56,697 nt of DNA, taken from IMG/VR virus record IMGVR_UViG_3300020171_002227, positions 1 through 56,697 of that record. One strand, given 5' to 3'. The notes under the pieces are model-generated. The model made no database searches and was not told where the DNA came from. It saw nothing but the letters and a program-made list of their open reading frames with translations. The translations under genes and the position numbers were made by a program. Position 1 is the first letter of the stretch. Each line of letters begins with the position of its first letter. The DNA comes from a virus (lineage: Duplodnaviria > Caudoviricetes). Below, one piece after another: positions 31,389-40,926 of the stretch.

Positions 31389-32051
31389 CTATTTTCTCCA
31401 CGCAATACACGCCAATGATACAAAATTCAAACAACTATAATGTATATTGTAAATATGCCAATCCCATTCATTTTTATCAAAATTACTTTCGATTAATTTA
31501 GTAAAAGTTTCTTCATTAAAGAACCTCTGGTGATGGATGTGATGGAAGTCCACATCATCTAATGCATCACTACATAACCCGGATGGATGTCTAATACTAC
31601 AATCCTTACTTAATTCATGCATATCCTCACCATTAGCAATATGGGTATCTCTTGTTATGAATCTTTGCACATAAGGACTATCTTGTAACCATTTATATTC
31701 ATTTGGCACTGTTATAATAATTCTATCTCGCGTTAATCGTTTTCCTTCTTTTAATACGATATCAACATCATTTATATGTTCAAGTATATCTCCGTAAATA
31801 ACGGTATCGATTGAACGATCTGGTAGTGGTATGTTTTCTGCAAATGCACGAATGAATTTAAATCCTAGTGTATTATTCCATTGATCGCAATCCACGAGAG
31901 TCACCGATTTAATATGCGGCGGATTCGTTATAGACTCTTGTGGTATTGGATATCTCCATTGCGCATGATCCGCACAACCAATATCCAACACATCACCTAT
32001 AGCAAACCTTGTCTGAAACTCAAATCTATGCATCATTAAACTTGGTATCAT
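31389..32051 (-). CDS. Class I SAM-dependent methyltransferase
   Basis: VLDIGC, AENIPLPDRSIDTV, DILEHI, ITVPN. Confidence 0.85.
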   Translation of the reverse strand: MIPSLMMHRFEFQTRFAIGDVLDIGCADHAQWRYPIPQESITNPPHIKSVTLVDCDQWNNTLGFKFIRAFAENIPLPDRSIDTVIYGDILEHINDVDIVLKEGKRLTRDRIIITVPNEYKWLQDSPYVQRFITRDTHIANGEDMHELSKDCSIRHPSGLCSDALDDVDFHHIHHQRFFNEETFTKLIESNFDKNEWDWHIYNIHYSCLNFVSLACIAWRK

Positions 32052-32315
32052 TTCTTTTCATCCATTCTAAACATTGTTGGGTTCTTGCATTCATGTGGTA
32101 AATCCGCTCTTACCATCGTGCAACACCATACGCACCATATATACGGATGATCATTTTCGTATCTAATTCCTACCATATTTATATCCTCACCAATCTTTTT
32201 TTAATAATTTACTTATGTTTTCTCTGCTCGATTTATATTTTAATATAAGTATTCTTGTTTTTTAGTTGCGAGTTCAACTTTATTATTTCTTTTTTACATA
32301 TCGAATAAATATATA

Positions 32316-33113
32316 TTATGGATTCACCCCATATTTTTTACATAATAAATTATATTTATTAGTGCTTACAATTGCGACATCTTCAGGATCAAAAAATTTT
32401 ACAAAGGGTGGAATTGGATAACTCATTATTCGTTGTATTGCGGCTCTACCATCAGATACAAATTTAAGATTATTTTCGTATATTAATCTAACATAAAATT
32501 CAATATTAGCCGGACCAGTTCTTCCATTATAAGATTCATCCCAACCACCAATTTTTCTCGCGTATATTGTTGGAAATGATTCATTACGACTATAACAAGT
32601 TCGATGATCTACTAAAGTTCCATTAGGCGCGTCTAATTTTGGATCCATTCTAAATTGTGGTAATACAGTAAACATTTTAGTATTAAATTCTTCATAAAAT
32701 GTAGAAAACGGATCTTCTAAATTTGATTTTAATTTTGGTAAACCATAAATAATTTGTGGTGCGGACAAACAATACCCCGCTTCATTATATTGATAATGTA
32801 TGTCAATCCAATATGGATTCATATAAGTGTAATCACTAAGTATAATTGTATATTGTCCCGTAGCTTTTTCTAAACATTGATTTAAGGAACTATTGTGTGA
32901 GTGATAATCGGATTGATTTTGTGGTTCAAAATGAATTACATTGATTTTATTTTCTTGCGCCCAATTCTTCACTATTGTCGCACGTCTATTATACAATTTA
33001 TCTGACCATACTATCTCAAATTCGGATTTTAAAAATGTTTGCTTTTTAAAACTTTCAAAAAGCATATCACATCCACCATACCGGTGCGTACACAATAAAA
33101 TACTAATTTTCAT
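32316..33113 (-). CDS. GT2/GT-A-like glycosyltransferase
   Basis: ISILLCT…QTF…FEIVWSD…IGGWDESY; tandem paralog of 33110-33907. Confidence 0.75.
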   Translation of the reverse strand: MKISILLCTHRYGGCDMLFESFKKQTFLKSEFEIVWSDKLYNRRATIVKNWAQENKINVIHFEPQNQSDYHSHNSSLNQCLEKATGQYTIILSDYTYMNPYWIDIHYQYNEAGYCLSAPQIIYGLPKLKSNLEDPFSTFYEEFNTKMFTVLPQFRMDPKLDAPNGTLVDHRTCYSRNESFPTIYARKIGGWDESYNGRTGPANIEFYVRLIYENNLKFVSDGRAAIQRIMSYPIPPFVKFFDPEDVAIVSTNKYNLLCKKYGVNP

Positions 33114-33907
33114 GGATTAACTCCATATTTCTTACATAGTATATTATATCTTCTTGTATTTATAGTCATGTCCATTTCTTCTGATAAAAATTCTGTAAAT
33201 GGTGGTATTGAATAAGACATTATCCTATATATTTCCGCTCGACCATCACAAGCAATTTTACAATTAGCTTCATATTGTAATCTTAATCCAAATTCCAAAT
33301 TAGATTGCCCGGCTCTATTGTTATAATTTTCATCCCAACCACCAATTTCTCTACCTAATTTAGTGGGAAATGATTCATTTCTATTATACCAATAATGGAA
33401 ATCAATCAAAGCGCCATTTTGTAATTGTAACTTCGGATCCATATTAAATATAGGCAGCAATTTAAACATATCGATATTAAAATCTTCATAAAATATCGAG
33501 ATGGGATGTTCTAAACTACTGCATAGTTTTGGTAAACCATAAATTCTTTGCGGTGCAGATAAGCAATATCCCGATTGATGGTATGCATAATGAATTTCCA
33601 TCCAATGCGGTAACATGTAGGTATAGTCTCCGATACATATTATACACTCACCAGATGCTTTATTTAAACATTCATTTAATACACTACTATGAACATGGTA
33701 ATTAGACTGCGTCTTAGGTTCGAAATGTATGATGTTAATACCGTTATCTTTTGCCCAAACATAGACTAAATCTTTACGCTCTTTATATAATTTATCGCAC
33801 CACACTAATTCATATTCATTTTTATCAAATGTCTGATGTTCTAAACCAGCAAAAAGCATATCTACGCCACCCCAACGGTGCGTAGTTAATATAATCGACA
33901 CCTTCAT
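33110..33907 (-). CDS. GT2/GT-A-like glycosyltransferase
   Basis: VSIILTT…QTF…YELVWCD…IGGWDENY. Confidence 0.75.
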   Translation of the reverse strand: MKVSIILTTHRWGGVDMLFAGLEHQTFDKNEYELVWCDKLYKERKDLVYVWAKDNGINIIHFEPKTQSNYHVHSSVLNECLNKASGECIICIGDYTYMLPHWMEIHYAYHQSGYCLSAPQRIYGLPKLCSSLEHPISIFYEDFNIDMFKLLPIFNMDPKLQLQNGALIDFHYWYNRNESFPTKLGREIGGWDENYNNRAGQSNLEFGLRLQYEANCKIACDGRAEIYRIMSYSIPPFTEFLSEEMDMTINTRRYNILCKKYGVNP

Positions 33908-34674
33908 ATTTTATCTCCAAAATAATTTAATAAATTTCTTTCTCTTAATTTTTCCATAAAATGCTCTTCCCAATAATTACGATTAAAATTAGCTTTACCA
34001 TGACAACTACTACATAAAGTAATTAAATCCGGATAACAATCTTCCTTTTTATAATGAATATGATGAACCGATAATTTTCTACCATTTTCTAATTCTGTTT
34101 TATTACATTTTTGACAAATTCTATCATCACGAATTCGTATTTCTTCCCTTAATTCCTCTGTCCATCTTTCACAATATTTTATTTCGGTAATTCCACCCTT
34201 CCAATTAGGATTATTTTCACGGCTACTGGCTTCTGATAATTTCTTTCTAGTTTCATAGGAGGGATATTTTCCTTTATTAACTTCTGATAATTTTTTCTTA
34301 TGTTCTTCAGATTTAGGTTTATCTTTATGAAATTCAGATATTTTTTGCCTCACCTCTAATCTTTTAGCGGGATTATTATCACCTGATAATCTTCCTAAAT
34401 TTTTTTTACTTATTTTTTGTTTTGCTTCTTCAGTTTGTTTTTTACCTTTTCGATGTGATGGTTTACCTTTTTTACTATCAGATATTTTCTTTTTATGTTC
34501 TTCTGATTTAGGTTTATCTTTATGTGTTTCAGACATTATTTTACTAATATCATCATCTATTATAGGAAAATTAGGAAAGGACGCAACATACATATTAAAA
34601 TTAATATTATGTTTTCTTAAATGAAGATTATTTATATATTTAAAATTTTTATGACAAATTTGGCATTCAACCAT
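33904..34674 (-). CDS. Free-standing HNH homing endonuclease with N-terminal C2H2-like finger and NUMOD3 repeats
   Basis: CQICH…HLRKH; KPKSEEHKKK repeats; RDDRICQKC…SVHHIHY…LCSSCH. Confidence 0.87.
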   Translation of the reverse strand: MVECQICHKNFKYINNLHLRKHNINFNMYVASFPNFPIIDDDISKIMSETHKDKPKSEEHKKKISDSKKGKPSHRKGKKQTEEAKQKISKKNLGRLSGDNNPAKRLEVRQKISEFHKDKPKSEEHKKKLSEVNKGKYPSYETRKKLSEASSRENNPNWKGGITEIKYCERWTEELREEIRIRDDRICQKCNKTELENGRKLSVHHIHYKKEDCYPDLITLCSSCHGKANFNRNYWEEHFMEKLRERNLLNYFGDKI

Positions 34675-34682
34675 AAAACTAC

Positions 34683-35936
34683 TTACTCCTTTTTCATTAA
34701 TTTTTCTGTGGGTTTATATTTCTTTTCTAATTTTTCTCTCCAAGCAATAGCTTCATCAAACGTTAACTTGGATGTTGATATCCGACAAACTGTATGTGAA
34801 TATTCTCCGGGAATTCCCTTATAGTGCGATCGACATTTTTTATTAAATTTTAAATCATATTTTTCTGAATTTTCGTAAATATCCGAACCCGGAAAGATTG
34901 AAAGTATAGTAAAGTCAACATCGTGAGGAGCGGTTCGTTCAACAAATTCATCCATTTTTTGTAAACTATCCGGACTTTCATGTGGCAAACAAATTATAAA
35001 TAATTCCTTTAAATTAATGCCCGCAGATTTAATCATATTACAAACTTTTTCAGCATTTTCAATATCAATATTTTTATTGATGATATTTAATATTTCAGGA
35101 TCAGCACTCTCAATTCCAACGGCAATTTCTATACATCCTGCTTCAGACATAATAGATATAATTTTTTTATTAAGACTTTCCACTCGCGATAAACACCTCC
35201 ACTTTATATCCAATGGTGTAACTAATTCACAAAATTCTTTAAGTCGTCGCTTATTGCTTACGAACTCATCATCAAAAAAAACGAATGAATTAATATTATA
35301 CTTTTCTTTAATTTCCACGATTTCTTTTATCATATTTTCCGCTGAACGATATCTAACTTTACTTCCGGGTAATTGATATTTACAACAGAACGCACATTTT
35401 CCCCAAGAACATCCTTTAGATGTAATCATAGTAGTGCTTGGTATTCCACGTAATTTATAATTTTCAGCATACATTTTTATATCAAGTATGCTGCGATCAG
35501 GAAATGGTATTTCATCTAAATTCTCAATCTTTATTTCCGTATAAATCTTTTTAATATTCGGATAATCTTTTAATATCTGTAAGCTTGCAATCTCACCCTC
35601 ACCAATAACGATTGCATCAGCCCACATACAATCTTGCGCCATGAGGGTAGGATGTGGACCGCCTACCACGAACTTGGCGGATATGTTATTCTTCTTTAAC
35701 AGTATCATTGCTTCCTTAGCGTATTCCAAATTGGGCGTTGCTACGTAAATAAAGAATATATCCCCCTTTATATCTGAATAATCTTTATCACTTTCCATAT
35801 CAATTAGTTGTATATTATTATAACCATGTTCCTTGAAGAAAGAACTCAAAGTTAAAAGTCCAAGGGGAGGAAATACAAACTTCGAAATTAAATATGGACT
35901 TATTGGGTTCACAAGTATTATACGTAAATCATTCAT
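34683..35936 (-). CDS. B12-binding radical SAM protein
   Basis: PPLGLLTL, VVGGPHPT, IGEGE, TSKGCSWGKCAFC, FFDDEF, GIES. Confidence 0.92.
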   Translation of the reverse strand: MNDLRIILVNPISPYLISKFVFPPLGLLTLSSFFKEHGYNNIQLIDMESDKDYSDIKGDIFFIYVATPNLEYAKEAMILLKKNNISAKFVVGGPHPTLMAQDCMWADAIVIGEGEIASLQILKDYPNIKKIYTEIKIENLDEIPFPDRSILDIKMYAENYKLRGIPSTTMITSKGCSWGKCAFCCKYQLPGSKVRYRSAENMIKEIVEIKEKYNINSFVFFDDEFVSNKRRLKEFCELVTPLDIKWRCLSRVESLNKKIISIMSEAGCIEIAVGIESADPEILNIINKNIDIENAEKVCNMIKSAGINLKELFIICLPHESPDSLQKMDEFVERTAPHDVDFTILSIFPGSDIYENSEKYDLKFNKKCRSHYKGIPGEYSHTVCRISTSKLTFDEAIAWREKLEKKYKPTEKLMKKE

Positions 35937-35960
35937 TTAAATCAGCCTTTATATGCTATC

Positions 35961-35980
35961 ATAGTATATATAGTTATCGC
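35961..35980 (-). promoter_or_regulatory. BRE-TATA promoter (GCGATAAC-TATATATA) for the glycosylation operon
   Basis: Archaeal promoter consensus ~30 nt upstream of ATG 35936; similar element at ~37741-37756. Confidence 0.55.
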
Positions 35981-36079
35981 ATTAATTAATATCTACCTTT
36001 AATATTCATTATATATAATTTTTTGAGGCATAGCTTTAAATACTATTAAAACATATATAGGATTGAGCGTGATAAAATC

Positions 36080-36319
36080 ATGACCAAAATGACAAAAATA
36101 CCACCAGCCGAGTACAGTAAAGATAAGGGAATACGAGGACTTATACAGATTGCAACCCAATCTCGCGATAAGAATGCGCTTCCAGAAAGAATTGAAATAG
36201 TGACTCGATATTTCGCTAAGTTCAAAACAAGAATGGTAAAACAGAACGCGCCAATATCTGACGCTGAAGAAAAAGAAATTATGTCAATACTCAATGAAAT
36301 CATCCACAGGAGTGAATAA
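36080..36319 (+). CDS. Small hypothetical protein (early cassette)
   Basis: 79 aa; TTTAAATACTATTAA and GTGAT upstream. Confidence 0.55.
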   Translation: MTKMTKIPPAEYSKDKGIRGLIQIATQSRDKNALPERIEIVTRYFAKFKTRMVKQNAPISDAEEKEIMSILNEIIHRSE

Positions 36320-36479
36320 ACATGTCAGGAAATCCATACTTCGGAAAAACCACTAAATCTTTTAAAGAAGCTTGTGAATCGATGCATACTGAAGATCATA
36401 CAAAACGTATGAATGAGTTGCACCACACTGACTATGTGACGCCAAGAAATCATAAACCAAGAAAAATAAAAATCAGTAA

Positions 36480-36716
36480 GTGGTCAAAATGAAACCTGAA
36501 GAATTAAAAACCTTTTTTATGTCTAAAGGGCTTAAACCTAAACTGACATCGTTTACTACCCTTATTGGCGATGTAAAATATAAACTGGGTAAGAATAGTC
36601 TAAAGAAATTCATAAGATATGACGGCGGATGGACAAAAGTCTGGTCGGCATATTATAAAGATATCTCAATCAATCCTGAAACTGGAAAACTACATATCGA
36701 AAAATATATAAGGTGA
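36480..36716 (+). CDS. Small basic hypothetical protein
   Basis: 78-aa ORF in the + strand cassette. Confidence 0.5.
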   Translation: MVKMKPEELKTFFMSKGLKPKLTSFTTLIGDVKYKLGKNSLKKFIRYDGGWTKVWSAYYKDISINPETGKLHIEKYIR

Positions 36717-36839
36717 AATCACGTGTGAAGAAATCGAAAATTTGGAAATCGAGGTATTGGTTCAGCGTGAAAAAATTAGAATTCTAACCATGCGTCTGGA
36801 CGATCTTACAATGAAATTTAAACGGCATGTGACGAATCC

Positions 36840-37040
36840 ATGACAGGTTATAATTTACCGCCGGGTGTAAATGAGTGTGACATACCCGGCAATAGACATA
36901 TAGATGTTTTATGGGAAAAAGAAGCTGAAAAGTTTTGCGAAAATTGCGAAGATGTTGGCGGTTGCGATAAAGATATCGGCTTATGTCAACACGCCCGCAA
37001 ATTCGAAAAACATTTCGAATCAATATTAAATCTTTATTAA
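36840..37040 (+). CDS. Small Cys-rich hypothetical protein
   Basis: GYNLPPGVNECDIPGN…CENC. Confidence 0.55.
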   Translation: MTGYNLPPGVNECDIPGNRHIDVLWEKEAEKFCENCEDVGGCDKDIGLCQHARKFEKHFESILNLY

Positions 37041-37045
37041 TTTTT

Positions 37046-37693
37046 TTAAATATTACTTATTTGCATTGCGCCATTTTCGGTAAATGCATTTGATATCCCG
37101 TGACGACATTGAATCGAGGTATCCGCCCAAATTTTATATCCTCTTTCTCGGGCCTTCTTGCAAAATTCGAAGTCTTCCGAACGTCCTACACCAACATTTT
37201 CAGGATCTTCGAAACTTAACGTCCATTCGAAGTATGGCTTTTTTAAGTTCTTGAATACTGAAGTATGTATTAAACAACACCCCATTCCAATAAAGTCCGC
37301 TTCCACCATTTGACCTGGAGTATAACTTATTGCACGTTTTCCAGATGGTTGAACTTCATGCCATATTGCTGGTTCTATCGGTTGCGCACGGGTAAAATAT
37401 ACTCCTGTGCAAATTGGTAAATTATGTGCCATCAATCGCGCGATGGTGTCCGGTGGGCATATTACATCCGTGTCTAGAAAAAACACAAATTCCGCCTTAG
37501 CATCTAATGCAGCACGGACGATCTCGTTACGGCTCATGTCTATGGGGACTCCGCGCGATACTGTAAAACTGGCAGGAACATTTACTTGAAGATTACGAAA
37601 ACCTAAACACCAATCCATGGAAACAGTATCCTTATGGGGCATTCCGATCATTACTTTTACATTCTCTGAACCCAATTCCCAAGCTCCTGGCAT
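37046..37693 (-). CDS. GT-A fold glycosyltransferase
   Basis: SRNEIV, FFLDTD (DxD), GMGCCLI, SEDFEFC, CRH. Confidence 0.85.
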   Translation of the reverse strand: MPGAWELGSENVKVMIGMPHKDTVSMDWCLGFRNLQVNVPASFTVSRGVPIDMSRNEIVRAALDAKAEFVFFLDTDVICPPDTIARLMAHNLPICTGVYFTRAQPIEPAIWHEVQPSGKRAISYTPGQMVEADFIGMGCCLIHTSVFKNLKKPYFEWTLSFEDPENVGVGRSEDFEFCKKARERGYKIWADTSIQCRHGISNAFTENGAMQISNI

Positions 37694-37951
37694 CTTAAAT
37701 CATCTCGTTAATCATATCTAATACTATATAGTTAAAGCACTATATATAGTTATCTATATAATCTCAACATGACAAGATTTACATTCATCATGACAGCAAT
37801 GATGCAAGATAAGACGATATGTCATTCCTGCGAACTGATCTTTCATGAGTTGTAATACTTCTACCCGCTCCGGCATCATTCATCCATAAAACTAAACCCG
37901 GAATATTTTTCCGTGATTCAGTTCGACCAATATTCGCATGTGGTTCTATTC

Positions 37952-38380
37952 TCATGATATTTCTAATAACCGATTATATTTAATATCGATAAAATTTAAA
38001 AACACAGATGCTGAATACTGATTGGTAATTTTTCCATGTAAGCAATTTGTACCATCATTATCTATTAAGGGTATTATCGGATCCGCTAAATCAATTGCTC
38101 TAAGATTTATTCCTTGATAATAATATTGACGATCACTTGAAGTCATACTTGATGTCATAAAAAAACTAATATCGTAATTTATCGGTCCCGGTCCATTTCC
38201 CGTAAACATTATTTGTTGAACATTTGCCCTATTAGAAAATCCACTTGCATGAAAGTCAAAGGTTGTTCCTACTCCACTACATTGCCCGGATGATCCTATC
38301 TGTGTTGTTCTAAAGGGTATTACCGTTTGCTGATTTAAAATTTCCCTTACTGAAAACGCTGAAATATTCTTTATTACCAT
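37952..38380 (-). CDS. Putative virion structural protein
   Basis: 142 aa, AGGAG RBS, downstream of the capsid genes. Confidence 0.55.
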   Translation of the reverse strand: MVIKNISAFSVREILNQQTVIPFRTTQIGSSGQCSGVGTTFDFHASGFSNRANVQQIMFTGNGPGPINYDISFFMTSSMTSSDRQYYYQGINLRAIDLADPIIPLIDNDGTNCLHGKITNQYSASVFLNFIDIKYNRLLEIS

Positions 38381-38442
38381 AAAATTGTCTCCTTAAAAAT
38401 TATTATTTAACCCATGACTGCGTTTCCGCAATATACCGGATT

Positions 38443-38483
38443 AAAAAATATAGTATATAAGTAACTTGCACTACTTATATACT
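38443..38483 (-). terminator. 12-bp perfect hairpin followed by a T tract
   Basis: AGTATATAAGTA (38452-38463) pairs with TACTTATATACT (38472-38483); ATATTTTTT follows on the - strand; the arms could alternatively be TATA boxes. Confidence 0.45.
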
Positions 38484-38502
38484 TTAACTACATAGTTATC
38501 GA

Positions 38503-38883
38503 CTAATAACCGACTACCATATAGCTTATATTCATTCCACTGTTCATTCCACTCATTTCACTACTTGTTGCTACCCAAATACCAAATTGCGCTGATATAA
38601 ATGCACCAGTATTTCCAACAACATAAGTTCCTGTAGCATTCGCGGATACTTGACCAAGTGTAGGATTTAAATGTGGTGATGTAACCACACTAATTCCAGT
38701 ATTAATGGTTGTTTTAACCGCCGCTGAAGTTACCGCTGCTGTTGCGAGTGTTAATTGTCCGAATTCAAGTCTTAATGCGCCGGATTTCTGACGTTTATCG
38801 TTGGTATACGGCGTTCCTCTTAGATCGCCGAAAAACCTACCGTCATCCATTGTGAATAAGCCCGCTCTGCCACTTACTGACAT
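38503..38883 (-). CDS. Putative capsid decoration/minor head protein
   Basis: Small A/T/S/G-rich protein after the MCP, ends YMVVGY. Confidence 0.55.
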   Translation of the reverse strand: MSVSGRAGLFTMDDGRFFGDLRGTPYTNDKRQKSGALRLEFGQLTLATAAVTSAAVKTTINTGISVVTSPHLNPTLGQVSANATGTYVVGNTGAFISAQFGIWVATSSEMSGMNSGMNISYMVVGY

Positions 38884-38897
38884 AGTTTATTCACTCC

Positions 38898-39173
38898 TTA
38901 ATATCCGATTGCGATCCAAGAACCTGAGCAAACTGCGGGTATAGTTAGTAAAACCATTCCATTTGTACTAATACTTGTTACGACTGCGCCTGATGCGGGC
39001 ATACTATTATAGACCTGCGTTTGGAATATTACACAACTTGCTAATGTGGTTGAAATTAAAAGTGTATCAGCTATTGCTGTTGCACCCCACCCACCAGCAC
39101 CCATTGCTGCGCCTGGATATCCGCCTCTAAGCGGTGATGCCGCTTTAAAATGTTCTGTATATGAACTTGTCAT
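38898..39173 (-). CDS. Putative capsid decoration/minor head protein
   Basis: Immediately after the MCP, GAGGT RBS, ends WIAIGY like its neighbour. Confidence 0.55.
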   Translation of the reverse strand: MTSSYTEHFKAASPLRGGYPGAAMGAGGWGATAIADTLLISTTLASCVIFQTQVYNSMPASGAVVTSISTNGMVLLTIPAVCSGSWIAIGY

Positions 39174-39202
39174 TATTTTTTACCTCTTATAAAACTTGAA
39201 GT

Positions 39203-40180
39203 TTATTTCAAGTCCCTGATCTTTCCCTGAGTGTTGAATCTTGTACAGATTAACTCACCCATAGTTCTAAACAGACCTTCATCACCAAGATAATTGATGC
39301 CAAATGGATCTTTCTTAGACATACCGGACTCGAAGTACATAGTCGGTAATGCGACTTTGAACGCGAGATAGTCAGTATCTAAGATATAGATTCTGCTTAT
39401 TGTGTCCTGCACAACATCTTTAGATGGTATGATAGGAATGCCCTGGTATGTTGCAACGTTAAAGCCTGCTTCAGCACCGGGGATACCTTTTACGCCACCA
39501 TATGTCGGAACTACAAGTTCTCTACCCATAAATCTCTGTTGGGCTTGAAGTGCTTGCTGTATTCTTTCAATGGTATCATAACCAGTCACGATGATCTTAG
39601 GATTAGCACCCTTAACTCTTAACTCTGTAAGGGCGGTATCGAGCATATCAATGGTGAAAGTTCTATCCACATCCGAATTATGATTCACATATGCGTCTGC
39701 CCATGAATTGGCTGTATCTGATCGGTCAATGCTATATATATCTGAATCGCCAGCACCTACAACGGCATCTTCAGCAAGACTTGAACATACACGATCAATG
39801 GATTCAACGTTGTTTCCTGCAACGGTTGTAACGTCACCTAAAAGCATTTTATTGATCATTTCAGCATGATGTTTGCCCATTTCCTCTCTCATGACCTTCA
39901 TGACATCTCCAAGACCGTCGTCTTTTGTGCCTAAGAACGTTTCCATTTCAGAAGCGTTAAAGCTATGAGCGATGATCTTTGGTTTTGTTGAAAGTTCCTT
40001 AAAAGTAGGTTTGATTGTGTCTGGTAAAGTTGCGTTTTCTCCAACACCGCCGCCACTTAAGGCTGCCCTATTGGTGATAACTCTCCATCCACTTTTCTCC
40101 CAAACTATTTTTGGTAACAGTGCAAATATATTTTGCTCTTGGTTTAATTGCGACCAAATTTTTGCACCAAATATCGGGTT
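39203..40180 (-). CDS. Major capsid protein (HK97 fold), exon 2 (325 codons + stop)
   Basis: Frame is open 78 codons upstream of the track's Met (NPIFGAKIWSQLNQEQNIFALLPK…GWRVIT…ENATLP…KPKIIAH); C-terminal YQGIPIIPS…QGKIRDLK. Confidence 0.9.
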   Translation of the reverse strand, partial: NPIFGAKIWSQLNQEQNIFALLPKIVWEKSGWRVITNRAALSGGGVGENATLPDTIKPTFKELSTKPKIIAHSFNASEMETFLGTKDDGLGDVMKVMREEMGKHHAEMINKMLLGDVTTVAGNNVESIDRVCSSLAEDAVVGAGDSDIYSIDRSDTANSWADAYVNHNSDVDRTFTIDMLDTALTELRVKGANPKIIVTGYDTIERIQQALQAQQRFMGRELVVPTYGGVKGIPGAEAGFNVATYQGIPIIPSKDVVQDTISRIYILDTDYLAFKVALPTMYFESGMSKKDPFGINYLGDEGLFRTMGELICTRFNTQGKIRDLK

Positions 40181-40926
40181 CTGTTCTCTAAAAAATAATA
40201 TGATTTATTGAATCTACACATTTACAAACATTTTCATTTATTTCATGTTCCCAAAATCTATAAACAATAAAACCTTTTTCTTTAAGAAGTTTATCACGAA
40301 TTTTATCTTTTTCTATTATATTTGGAAGATTATGCCAATAATCACCATCGCACTCAACGATAATATTATCATTAATTAAAAAATCAACTCTAAATTTTTC
40401 TAACATAGAAACTTGTTCCGTATAATCAATATTACGATTTTTTAACTCTTGTGCAATTTTTTTTTCTATTGATGATGATTTTCCACCTTGATTTTTTCGT
40501 GATGTTAATACAGCCTTACGAGCCCGATTAGACCTTTCTTCTGCATTAAATCTTTCTTTATAGGTTTCTTTTTGTTTTTCGATAATTTCAGGATTATTAA
40601 TATATGTTTGTGTAAGTGTATTTGAAATTTGCTTTATAATTTCAGGATTATCAATATATGTTTGTTTAAGCGTTTCACCTTGTTTAGTTCCCTTATTTTG
40701 AAACTGTTCTGAATTTTTACGAGCAACTAATTGACTATTTCGATATGTTTCATCTTGCCAATTTTCTGTTTTTCTTTTGCTCATTTTTTCTTTATATTCA
40801 GGATGATCTTTAAACAATTTTTTTAACCTTTTTGAAGCAACTTCAAATGATTCATTTCGACCCATAATTATACCTTAAACTTATAAATAAGTATCCCAAT
40901 ATAATTAATCATACTACTTTTTAAAA
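40181..40926 (-). mobile_element. Archaeal bulge-helix-bulge intron (746 nt) in the MCP gene
   Basis: CGGGU/ACCCG exon helix, AGA bulge, GUUU/GAAC 4-bp helix, AUU bulge, 19-bp intron stem; canonical cuts rejoin the frame. Confidence 0.9.
40188..40865 (-). CDS. Intron-encoded Vsr/DUF559-like (PD-(D/E)xK) endonuclease
   Basis: SSIEKKI…VDFL…VECDGDYWH…DKIRD…GFIVYRFWE; basic N-terminal repeats (QTYIDNPEII / QTYINNPEII). Confidence 0.88.
   Translation of the reverse strand: MGRNESFEVASKRLKKLFKDHPEYKEKMSKRKTENWQDETYRNSQLVARKNSEQFQNKGTKQGETLKQTYIDNPEIIKQISNTLTQTYINNPEIIEKQKETYKERFNAEERSNRARKAVLTSRKNQGGKSSSIEKKIAQELKNRNIDYTEQVSMLEKFRVDFLINDNIIVECDGDYWHNLPNIIEKDKIRDKLLKEKGFIVYRFWEHEINENVCKCVDSINHIIF

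Noticed and set aside
31380-31400. Pyrrolysine/TAG readthrough fusing the methyltransferase to the in-frame HNH gene
   Set aside because: The paralogous methyltransferase ends at the equivalent position with TAA, and no pyl genes or other TAG-split genes are evident.
2860-34700. BHB motifs around the other free-standing HNH genes
   Set aside because: By-eye inspection found at most short (~6 bp) chance pairings and intact flanking genes; a computational scan would be needed to exclude relaxed motifs.
37750-37955. Mini-intron or stop readthrough joining MRILVELNHGKIFRV* to MMPERVEV… via a UUCCGG/CCGGAG stem
   Set aside because: Bulge sizes are non-canonical and the predicted cut would keep the UAG; an alternative uninterrupted 55-aa frame exists.
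39203-39946. The ORF track's 247-aa protein as the complete MCP, or the MCP as a pseudogene
   Set aside because: The frame extends 78 codons upstream with capsid-like sequence and no start, and a separate exon with a strong RBS supplies the N-terminus.
40181-40926. Group I/II intron, intein or ribosomal bypass as the explanation for the split MCP
   Set aside because: Only ~61 nt before and 7 nt after the internal ORF, so no room for a ribozyme core. In-frame stops exclude an intein. There is no matched take-off/landing codon. The BHB geometry explains the junction exactly.
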